DNA from: the human T2T-CHM13v2.0 reference genome, Homo sapiens
Assembly (NCBI RefSeq): GCF_009914755.1
Contig: NC_060927.1
DNA: 64,000 bases
Strand: one strand, 5' to 3'
Shown: piece after piece, positions 1 through 11,299 of the stretch
How the letters are laid out: every line of letters starts with the position of its first letter
How positions within the stretch are numbered: position 1 is the stretch's first letter
The notes under the pieces: model-generated
What the model saw: the letters and a program-made list of their open reading frames with translations, nothing else
The model's database searches: none
What the model was told of the DNA's origin: nothing
Made by a program: the position numbers and the translations under genes

Positions 1-59
1 CACCTTCTGGGCTAGGCTCCCATGGCTTAGAGCTCAAACTGCTGTCTCCCCTTTCAAAC

Positions 60-780
60 AAGTATATTGTAATGGTTCCTTTTCTCTCCAGAAATCAAAT
101 TCTGCATAATATTATCTACTTGCAACCCATAATTTAAACAAAACAACATAATTCCCCAGTTGTCGTATTAAAGTGAAATAATAAGAAAAATAACCTGTGA
201 GAAAATAACATGTATTTCGTTACATAAATGCTTGATTAAGACTACTCCAAAAGGGAGGATAAAGTTGTCAAATGATTGCGCCTGTTTAATAATGAATACA
301 TGTAGATTTAAGAGAAATAAGACACTCTAACTGAATAATGTGACCCTTTGAAATAAAGGGCTAAAAATATACATTTATACATATGCATAGAGTTCACCAC
401 GAATACAACAACGGCAAACACAGACAGACACAGGGATGGTTCATAGGTTACTGGGGGCTGCAGGTGATTTTCTGAAAGAGTGAAGCATTCTTGGAAAAGT
501 CCTAGGAATAGAAAGCATAGCTATCCTTGGATACCTGCTATCATACCTGGTAAGTTCATGTGCGTTAAAAAACCTTGCAAATAATAAAGCTACTCTGTTT
601 AAATGGAAAATTGAGTGAAACTCTGGACACTGGTCATCATAGGTCCAATGTCCAGCATCCCAGGATGCTCTCTGCAAACTGGGAGTAGCTCCACCTGCCA
701 ACCACTGGTCGGCATAGACACCCCATAAATGTCCACATGCCCCTGGGGCGATACAACTGCCTTTGAAAAGCTCTAGTCTA
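60..780. mobile_element. Ancient AT-rich hAT-Charlie-like DNA transposon remnant (unassigned)
   Basis: AT-rich block ending in MER20-like aaatgtccacatgcccctgggg. Family not identifiable by eye. Confidence 0.35.
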
Positions 781-1689
781 GAAAAGAGTCTGACAGCTGC
801 AGGAACCACGGTGGACTCTGCGTAGCCATGGGCAGACTGCTCCCTGAGCCTCGGTTTTCTGCTCTGTAAAGTGGGGCTTTTTAATGTCAGGTAAGATGGT
901 GCATTCACAGCAGGCAGGCACTCAGCAGACAGTTCTCCTCTTGTCTCTTCTGCGGTCCTCAGCCAGGCCCTCCATCCCCCGCCCTTCCTTGCACTCCAGG
1001 ATGCTGGGTATCAGGCCCTCCTAGCCCTGCCTGCTTTAGCAGCCTCCGTGGGTTGCCTCACATTGCTTCTAAGCTCCCTCATCCCCCGAAAGGCCAGTGT
1101 CATCATCCAGAAGCCTGAAGTGATCTCTAACGGTCTCTAGCTGTCTCCCTCCAGCATTGCCCGGACACCTGCTGTGTGTCCCAAAAGCCCAGTGAATATA
1201 TAACAGAAGTCACAGACTAGGGCTCAGATGCAAGGCTCAACACAGGCCCTGTGCTGTTTCAAGGCAGTATAGAGGGCTTCCTGGAGGATGAGGAACTGAG
1301 CAGGGCCCTGATGGTGAAGAGGGCTTAGGTGTGGAGTCTGAGAAGGACATTCTGGGAAGAAGTGTTGGAGCCAACATCTGAGAGGCTTGAACATGGAAGG
1401 GAATGGAAAATCACTCTGCTTACTACCTGCCTGTTTCAGGTGATAACCACTCCAATCTGCACTATTGCAACAATTCCTCCTGGCCCCAGCTGTGCCCCTC
1501 CAGTCCAGCCCTGACACTTTCTGCCAAGAGGAAATAGTCCCCAAATTCGCAGTTAACCTTGCTTGTCTAGACCCCGCTCAATCAGACCCTAAGTCGCTCC
1601 CATCTCTCGTTGGACACTCAGGTCCTTGGTGCCTTGGACCCACTGATTGTTCCAGATTCTACCCCATTACTTCCTGCCCTCACCTGCTA

Positions 1690-1910
1690 GTTTATTCATT
1701 TCTTCATTCAACAAATATTTACTGAGCACCTACTGTCTGCCAGACCCTGCTCTAGAGGCCAGGTATAGAGTAATGAATCTGAACAGACAGATTCCCCATC
1801 GCATGAAATTGATACTCCAGTTGGGAGATAGAAGATAAAGCAAACAAAAAAAAATAAGATTATGTGGAGTTAAGAGCAGACAAGAAAAATATAGCAGGAT
1901 CAGGGAGCAG
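1690..1910 (-). mobile_element. L2 3' end (other L2 pieces at ~6860-6990, 7650-7840, 8170-8345, 19120-19640, 38900-39960, 49095-49200, 49450-49710, 62900-63210)
   Basis: cattcaacaaatatttactgagcacctactgt is the reverse complement of the L2 terminus. Confidence 0.75.
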
Positions 1911-1990
1911 AATGTGAGAAAAGAGGTTTTAAAAATGTGTATTTTAAAATGTAAGGGTTTATCAGAAACGATTTTGTTTTTGCTGGTTTA

Positions 1991-2334
<344 letters not shown>

Positions 2335-2349
2335 AAAGAATCCAGATTT

Positions 2350-2795
2350 TGTTGCTGTGACTGTTTGGTGGCTAATTCTGAGAATACATTCTCATTGGAT
2401 TTGGCTGATTTTGGCAGGCCCACTCTCCTTTGCCAGGGATGGGTCCAGGGATGGTCACGAAACTCCGCTTTGGCCAATAGGGCTTAAGGGAAAGACCTCC
2501 AAGGGCTCCTGGGAATGATTTTCTTAGAAAGGGACATGTGTGGAGAAAGCCCTTTTTTCTCTCCTCACTTTTTGCTTTGAGCTGCTATCATGCAATGATG
2601 TTTGGAGCTGTAGCAGCTATCTTGTGACCATGAGGTCTTGTGATATCATGGCATGCAAAGAGTAGCAGAGTGTGGAATTAGAAAGACTTACGTCCTCAGG
2701 GACAATACTGAACCCCTGAACAAGCCCAGGGGCCTTATCTTGGAACTTCTTATTCAGTCAACACTAATGTTTTAGACAAAACTTCCTAACCAGTG
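2350..2795 (+). mobile_element. Old MLT1 (J/K-like) LTR fragment
   Basis: ggagctgtagcagctatcttgtgaccatgagg and tggccaat motifs typical of old MLT1. Confidence 0.55.
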
Positions 2796-2818
2796 AGTGA
2801 CAAACAGCTTTTAGTGTA

Positions 2819-3139
2819 CAGACAGTCCTCAACTTATGATGGTTGAACTTAGGACTTTTCAACTTTCCAATGGTGCTACTGGACATGCATTCAGTAGAAA
2901 GCATACTTTGAATGACCACATGACCATTCTGCTTTTTACTTTCAGTACGGTATTCAGTACATCACATGAGATATTCCACACCCTATGATGAAATAGGCTT
3001 TGCATTAGACACTTGTGCCAACTGTAGCTAACGTAAGTGTTCTGAATGTGTGTAAGGGAGGCTCGCTAAGCTACCATGTTTGGTAGGTGAGGTTTATTTT
3101 TGATTTGTGCTGGGTTTATTGTAAACCATGGAGCATCTG
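2819..3139 (-). mobile_element. MER47A (Tigger-family MITE)
   Basis: Termini CAGACAGTCCTCAACTTATGATGG and GAGCATCTG, each flanked by TA (2817-2818, 3140-3141). The internal sequence matches MER47A. Confidence 0.88.
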
Positions 3140-4154
3140 TACTGAGCTGACTCCAGGTAGCTGGAGGGGGCCGAGTGGCCTCAGTGCCTTCTATTTCCCA
3201 CCAATGATGAGACGAGCCAATGCATGCCACCATCTCTCTGCACACCATGGTAGGATGGGGTGAAAGCTGGGAAGCACTGCTTGAGGCCCCAAGAGTTGCA
3301 TGCCCCACCATGGACAACCCGTCCCCATCTTCACTCCCTCCACTCCTCTTGCTTCCCAGACACCTCAGACCCTATCTAACTCCATGTTTTTGTACTTGCT
3401 GTCTTCTCTACCTAAATGCCCTCCCTATCTGCTCATATCTTCCTGGCAAACTCCTACTTACCCCTCAAAGCCCAGGTGTTGCCTCTTCTGTGAAACTCCT
3501 CTGAGGCTCCAAGCCTCCGGGCCTCTGCTCCATCTCTCATTTGTGCTTCCTTCTGCCCCACTGCTCATTCCCGTTGACTGATGGTCTATCCTGCTATAGA
3601 CTGGGCCCTCCCCAGAGCTAGAGACTGGGTTTCATTGTTGTTTGTACCCCCTGTTCCTAATGCAAGGCCCGGGGGGCTCAGACCAGGGGCTAACCATTTT
3701 TGTTGGTTAGCTAAATGAGCAAGGTAAGTGAGTGAATGAATGAGCAAATGTTTTCAGCTGCCAGACCTAGGGCAGAGGCCAGGATGGTCTCTCCCCTGAG
3801 CAGAGCACAGTCCAGAGGTGGTGCTGGCACAATGGATGTTCCAGTGGTGGAGGCGACTCTGCAAAGGTGGGCCAGGTGCCTGCTGCTGATGGGCGGGTGG
3901 AGGCCTGCCTGCGCCCAGCCCTCCTGCTTCCTCTAATCCCGCTTCTCCCCCTGCACCTCGGGCTGCCTCCTGGGGGCCAGTCCCACCCTCATTCCTCCCC
4001 CAGGCTTCTGCCAGCTGAATTATCCTCTCTGCTATCTCCTTCCCTCAGATGTGCTTGGGGGCTGGGGTGGGACACTGGGGTAGGAGACAGGTGATGGCCC
4101 TCACTGCTCTGGGGAAAATTAATTAGCCTGGGTTCTGCAAGTCACTTTGAAGAC

Positions 4155-4207
4155 AAAAAAAAAAGAAAAAGAAAAAAAGAAAAGAAAAGAAAGGAAAGGA
4201 AAGAAAA
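4155..4207. repeat. A-rich (GAAAA)n tract
   Basis: Direct reading. Confidence 0.9.
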
Positions 4208-7200
4208 TACTCGCATGGGCCAACTATTATCGTGAGGTGAGGCTCATCGCTCCCCTATGCTAGGGCAGGGTACGCACCCATCATTCCACTCCATACCTGT
4301 TTTTCTAGAAAATCCATCTTCTGAATCTCAGCTCTCTGGTGCACGGTGAAAAAAGGCACAAGGAAAGCTGCATTGGTGCCCTCTCTGGGTGGGCCCCACC
4401 TGCGGAAAACTGATTCCCAGTTGCTGCTGGGATCCAGAGCTTCAGATCTGGGTTAGAATTCCCAGCCTCCTGACCCCTGCCTGGGGCCTGGCCTCTCTAA
4501 TGCTTCTGGCATACAACAGGTGCTCAATAAACAGAGCTCCCAGCCTCCTGTCATTGTCTTGGGATGGAGCCGACAGCATCCACACAGCCCCAGGTCAAGG
4601 CTGAGCCTGCTGTCAGGGCCTGGTTTCCCGGCTGCCTCCCTAGGGACCACCCAGCCAGCCTGCCTGCTGCACTCCACTCCAGCTCAGAACCGCAGAGCAG
4701 CTGACAGCCCTGGGCGTGAGGATGCCAGCTTCCTCCCCACAGCTGGGAAGGCCTGGCCAGACCTCAGGGTGGACCCTTGGCATTAACACCCCCAGACTGG
4801 AGTTGTCTCCTTGACATACCCTGGAATGCTCTCCCTGCCCTTTCCCAAGGTGGAAACTGAGGCTTGGAGGGGTCTGGTCTCTGGTTAACAGATACCCAGC
4901 CAGGCTTCCAGGCTTCCAACCCCAGCTGGGCTGGGGGAGGGGGTGGCTGACAGGCAGGCAGGTGAGGTTTGGCAGAGGGAAGGTCTGGGAGCTTTTTAGG
5001 GCTTCAGAAGTTTGGCATGGGGAGCTGGAGGTGAGCGACGCTTCCTTCTTGGGACCCTCCTGCTCTCTGGTCTTGGCAAACCTGCCAGGCACAGGTGGGC
5101 CTCAGAACCAGCCCGTTTATAGCTCCAGGTGAGCGCTCATGGGGCCCCCCACTGAGGAGTTGGGGAGGAAGGCCGGGCCGTGGGCTCCAGATGAAAGGCC
5201 AGAGGCGCCCCTGCTATCTCTGCTGCTCCTCACCTGGTGTTCCTGGCCGGCTTCATTACCTGGAAAACCAGAGGGCTTCTCTTTTCTCCACCCCTACCCC
5301 CACCCGGGCTCCGCCCTCTCCAGCCGAGTCTCCTTTGCCTTGGAAGATGTATTACAGTGCCCAGTAGGTGCCAGGCCTGCACAAGGCACTGCAGGGGACC
5401 CTTGACAGAAGGACTGGGTTGGTGGGCTTCGTCTAGAGCAGGCCCTTCACGCCTTTGAGCCTCAGTTTCCTCTTCTGTAAGGTGGAGATAAGAGTCGCCT
5501 CCCTCACAGAGTTCCGGAGGAGACAAGAGAGATAGAGAAAGAGCTGAGTGGAGTCGTGGCCCTATCTTCACGGGACCCCCAGGTATTGGTTCCCAGCAGC
5601 CATGGGCTTGGCCTGTGCAAGGCACCTCAGATAAAGAGAGGAGGGGGCCTTGGACTCTGTCTCTCGAGGGAAGGCAAGATGGCTGCTTACTGCTTTGTCT
5701 GACAAATAATTCTCGGCACCTACCTGGTGACAGACCCAGTCTGAGCCGGTCTTTGCCTTAGGGAAACTTTCAAAGTGATACAAGAGATTAAAACATGCTG
5801 ATGCTATGGGGAGGGAATAACAGTGACCAGCATTTATTAAGCACTTACTGTATGCCAGGCCCTGTTTCCAGTGCTTTTCATGTTTTAACTCACCTAAGGC
5901 TCTCAGCCAACCACAAGGTTGGTATTTTCACAGGCTGAGGACACAACACGCAGCTAGGAAGTGTAAACTTAGGATTTGAACCTGGGCTGTTGGGCCCGAG
6001 AGCCCCTTTCAGAGAAGGCTGAGGACTTCTGAAGAAGTGTGGCTGCAATGCCGTAAAGGAGAATGGAAGAGGAACTTGGGAGAGGCCTTGCTGTTCCTTC
6101 TAGACCACCACCCTCTCCTGCTCACATGCCTTCAGTGACTTCCCAGTGCCTACAGGACCAGTGCAGGGCCTGGGGCTCCTGACCCCCATGCCCTCCGCTG
6201 ACCTCACCCTTCACGGCTGGCTGTGCCCTTGCCTCCCTCACAGGGCTGTCCTGCCTTTTCTCCCTTTCCACAGGCCCTGCTCTGGCGTCCAATCCCAATC
6301 TCCCAGCTTCCCGGGTTAGGGTCAGTCTGAGCAGTGGCACCGTCTCGTGAGTTTCTGGTCCTGCCAGCCAGACGCACTTATGCCAGGAGGTTCAAGGGGT
6401 GCTAGTTTTTAAAACTGGGATTGTTTTATCACATTTTATTGTCTTTCTTGGTTAAACCCTTGAGTATACAGTAGATATATATGCATAGCAGAAAACCTGG
6501 AAAATAGGACAGTAAAAGACCAGCAAAGACTCAGAATCCTGCAGCCTTCCCCAAGAGTTAGCTGCTATTAACAGATGGGATCTGGCCAGTACACCTTTTC
6601 TTTTCTTTTTTTCTAGTAATGCATATTTTTAAAATGCATTTTCCTTTCCTATTTCAGGGTTTGTTCCCCAGGTGATCAGTGAGTCCTTCTTGCTTCTAGC
6701 CTAAAACTCTCGTATGGGTTTTTCCCTCCAGAGTGGGGAAGCCCTGAGAAGATGCCATTCTGGGTTGCAGGGTGGGCAAGAAGAGGGTCTTCCCTGACAT
6801 GCGGTCAGAGAGACCAGGAGTATCCCATGAAATGAGGACTAGGGGGTCGCTAAGTGACCTCTACAACCTGGAAGGCCCATTCCACAGGGCAGGCGCCTCT
6901 GTCTGTCTCGTCCATTCTTTAATCCCCATAGCTACAGCAGTGTGGGCTAGGAACAGGCACTCACTAAGTATTTATTGGATGAATGAGGCCGTGGGTTCTG
7001 TACAGAGCAGAGAATATGCAGACCAGAGGGGAGAAGGCCTTGCCCATGGCCCTATGCTCAGGAGTCAGGAATCAGAGGCTGGGTTGTCCCTGCACGATGG
7101 GGTGGGGGTGGGGAGCCCTGAGGCCAGGATAGGGTGCTGCAGCTTCCTGGTGCGGTCAGAGGCCCTGCCCAGCCCCCTCCCACCATAGGGCAGAGGAAGT

Positions 7201-7867
7201 GGAGGCTGCATGTCAGAATGCCTGAGGACAGCCTGGCTGCAGAGCCATTTATCACCTGCAGCAATTCCAGGAATGTGGAAATAGGCCAAAGTCAGAAAAG
7301 CTTGGAGGGTGGGAGGCCAAGAGATCCCCCCAACCCCTTTTTTCAAGAAGTAGAGAAGCCCAGAGCCTTGGCACCTGGGATGTGTGTTACCTGAAGAATC
7401 AGACTCATGGAGCGTGGGCTAACTTTTGCTTTTAGAGGATGCCCACCACGTGCCTGGCACTGTGCAGTGAACTTCACACCTGGCCATCTGGGGCTAAAGC
7501 TTGTGCAGTGATGCCCTGTGCTTTCTTCAAACCTGAGCCAGGCTGGGGCCAAGCTGTCTGCCTAACACCCTGCATAGCTCCCGCCTGCTGAGAGGAAAAG
7601 TGGAATTCTCACAGAGGCCACAGCCCTGACTGAGCCAGGTCTCCTCCAGTCTCCCTCCTGCTCACTCTGCTCCAGCTGCTGCCCTGAGCCTGCCTCAGGG
7701 CCTTTGCCCCTGCTGTTTCTTCTGCCTGGGGTAAGTCTTCCCCATTCAGCTGCCTGGTTTATTGCTTTGTTTCCAGGGCCCTGATCAGAAATCACTTCCT
7801 CCGAGAGGCCTTCTCCGACCACCCTTGTATGAGAAACACCCCTAGCTGCTCCGCAGTCCCCTAGACA

Positions 7868-8160
7868 TGCACTGTCCAATACAGCAGCCACAAGCAATGT
7901 GTAGTCTTGAGTACCTGAAATGTGCCCAGTGACAGTCCAGGTGTGCATAATGTCCAGTATGCACTGATTTCACAGACATGGCATGAAAACAACAAAATAA
8001 CTTATTAATCATTTTTTGCATTGATGGCATGTTGACATGATAATATTTGGACCTAATAGGTTAAATCACCTATATTGTTAATATTAGTTCCATCCGTTTC
8101 TTCTTGCTTTTGTCCAAGCAGCTATGAGAAAGTGTAGAATTACACAGGTGCCTCACACAC
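7868..8160 (+). mobile_element. MER33 (hAT-Charlie)
   Basis: tgcactgtccaatacagcagccac...tgaaatgtg...gataatatttgga. Confidence 0.7.
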
Positions 8161-10803
8161 TGGGGCACCATCACCTGACCTGGTTTTCTTCCTGGCCCTC
8201 ACCCGTCTGCCACATCGCGGGTTTACTTGTTCATCTGTTTATTATCCACCCTCCCCAGGAAAACACCAGCTCTGTGAGGGCAGGGATTTGTGCCCGTTTT
8301 GTGGCTGCTGTACCCCACACATGTAGAGATTATGAATGAATGAAGGGGTGCCCTGTGCCCGCATTGTGCTCAAGTGCTTAACCTTGAGGGAAGGCGGGGA
8401 GGAAGGGAGGGGTGAGCCCACGGTGGGTGGCCAGAGTACTACAGGGAGATGAGAACTGATCTCGGGTCCAGACACTGCCTCTGCCTATGGGCGGCAGGAG
8501 CCTCAGTTTCCCTGTCTGTCCTATGAGGGTCTTGTTTTCTGCCTAAAGGTTCAAAATGGGGTGTCCTCCATGAGGCTGTCTTGGGAGCTCCAGCGGGCAG
8601 GGGAGCTGGGCACAGCCCTTTCCTGACCAGCACCAGAGCTGGACAGCGGATGAAAGGAATCGCCTCCAGAATGAGCCCACTGTCTTCACCATTCCTATGG
8701 AGGTGGTGCGAATGCAGGAGCTGAGACTGGCTTGGGCAGGAAGTCTCCAAGCCTCAGGGTGGGGGCGGGGGCCAGAGGGGCTTGGGGACACACAAGTGGA
8801 CATGGCACGGGGGGTCCTTGAGAGGGATGTCAGATAGCTCCAGTGAAGTGAGACGGATGATGGGAGGGTGTCAGAGGGGCACTGTTGGCTTCCAGGGCAG
8901 GGGTGGCCACTGCTGGGGTTGATGGAAGAAGGACTGATTCCCAGGGGCAGACGTGTTCCCACTGGTGAGAAGGCTGCATGGGTGTCTGCAGGGCAGGGCA
9001 GGGCAGCCCAGGGGGAGAAGAGCCAGGCAAAGGTGTAGGGGTGTTTGGGGCAGCAAGGAGGCCGATGAGGCTGGGAGCTGGGGACCCTGGGTAGTGGTGG
9101 AAGCTGGCAGGAGGGCTTGTCGGGGGCCTGGCTGCTCCCGAGTGGATGTGGCCTTCCATAGACTCTGTGGTCATGGCGGGCATGGTGGCTGCTGCTCCCA
9201 GGGTACTCAGAATGGGGCCACCTGGAGTGATGAGGAGAACAAGGGACCCTGGGTATCCCTGCTGCAGGGGTGCTGGAAGGTCAGCCAGCCACCAATCCAG
9301 CTAAGATAGTCCCCGCAGAGGATGGCTGGCCAGCCCCAGCTTGCACACCTCCCAGCACGAGGCAGTTGCTTCTTCACAGCGGCTCAGGATGGGGATAGCT
9401 GCTCTCCACAGGGCAAGTTGAGTTTGTCTTCCTGTGACCCTGCCCCTTCCCAGGCCAGGACTCTGTCCTTGGGGACAGAGATGTAAAACAGCCCTACAGG
9501 GACTGGGGACCATGATGAATTCTCCAGCTGCTCCTTGAAGCCTATCTCCAGCCTGGTTCCTCCTCCGGTGACTCCCTGCCTGTCTCTGCTCTTTCTGCTG
9601 GGAGATGCAGACGGGGAAGAAGCCGCATTCTGCAGGACCAGGGGGTGGGGTGCCCCCAGATTACCTGTGACTTTGGGCATGTCATAGCCCTGCTCACAGC
9701 CTCAGTTTCCTGCTCTGGGAGGTGGGTATGAATCACAGAGCTTCCCTCGCAGGGTGAGCGTGAGGCCCTTGCAAATGGCGCCAGGCCTGGCCCCATGGGA
9801 TTGCTGGGCGCGCTCCCCTGCTTTCCTGGGGAGCTGGGTTTTGAGTGTGGGCTGCCAGGCGGGCGGGCAGGCGGGCAGGCCTGGCCCGTTACAGGGATTA
9901 ATGGGTGGCTGGCTTTGGAATGATCACCCCCCATACATGGGAGGTAGGGTGGTGGGCAGCCAGGGAGCCAGGAGTGATTCCACACCTGCACATAATTACC
10001 AAAGGATCTGCCTCCTGGGAATTATTTTTATCTTAATATTTTATGTGGTTCCAAAAATTGGGAGAGGGTTGAGCAGGGCCTGGGACACAAGCAGCAGGGG
10101 TTGCTGGGGGCACTAGGAGGTCACTGCCCCTCATGGCCACCTGTCCAGGCACCTGGCACTGGAGTTTGCCTGCCATCGGGAGAGGATGCCCAGCTGCTCT
10201 GGGGCCTGCAGATCATCTGGGAAAGGTGAGAGTCCATTGGAGGCAACGGAAGCCCTGTGCTGCTGTGGCTGGGAGAGCGTGAGTGTGCACACGTGTGTGC
10301 ACGTGTGTGTGTGCAGTGTAGTGGCTGCACACTGCAGTGGCTGAGCGGAACTGGATGTGTGAGTGAATTTAGATGGGACATATCTGAGCAGGTGGGTGTG
10401 CATCTGAGTGTGCTCAGTGTGTGTGTCAGGGCAGCGTGTGCCTGCGCATCTGAGTGTGTCTTGGAGGAGGGCGGGGGTTGATCTTTAGTGGGGGCCGACT
10501 GTGGGTGCGCATGCACCACAGCATGATGGTATGTGTCTGTGCTGTGGGGTTGTCGGTGCATTTGGTTTGGGTGTGTGGCAGTGCTGGACTGTGAGTGTGT
10601 GGCTCAACTGGGCAGCTACTGGAAGAGGTGGGGAGACTGTGTGTGGGGTGGGATGTGTACACGGTGTGTGCTTAGCACCACGGGGAGGTGCTGAGTCAGT
10701 GGCAGTGAGGGAGAGAGCTGTGAGTGCGCAGGGGTGAAGGTGTGAGGGCTATTTGTGTATGACTGGGTGGGTATGAGTATCTATATTTGGTCTGAGCCCA
10801 GAT

Positions 10804-10806
<3 letters not shown>

Positions 10807-10872
<66 letters not shown>

Positions 10873-10886
10873 GAGAAAGAGAGAGA
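10807..10886. repeat. Compound microsatellite (GT)16(GA)12 plus GA-rich tail, within a ~700 bp GT-rich region
   Basis: Direct reading. Confidence 0.97.
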
Positions 10887-11058
10887 TGAACATGTGTGTG
10901 GGATGAGTGGGTGGGTGTATTTGCAGCTGTGCAGTTTTATGGTTCCTACTTGGGTTGAGGGACCCGTGGCTGAGTGCCTGTCCTATTGCCTGGCTGGGGC
11001 TGACCACCAGTGGGTGTGGGATTGCCCAACAAGTGAGGTGCCTGTAAGTGTTTAGCAA

Positions 11059-11299
11059 GGGTGCGATCTGGGCTCACGGTGACCTATACCTCCTAGGCTC
11101 AAGTGATCCTTCTACCTCAGCCTCCCAAATAGCTGGTAACACAGACATGCACCACCACGACTGGCTAATTTTTGTATTTTTGTAGTGTTGGGGTTTTGCC
11201 ATGTTGCCCAGGCTGTCCGGAACTCCTAGACTGAAGCGATCCACCCGTCTTGGCCTCCCAAAATGTTGGGATTACAGGCGTGAGCCACTGCGCTTGGCC
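11059..11299 (-). mobile_element. AluJ-type, 3'-truncated (no tail)
   Basis: Reverse-complement Alu ending ...tgagccactgcgcttggcc. J-type gatcctYcYacctcagcc. The poly(A) end is absent. Confidence 0.9.
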
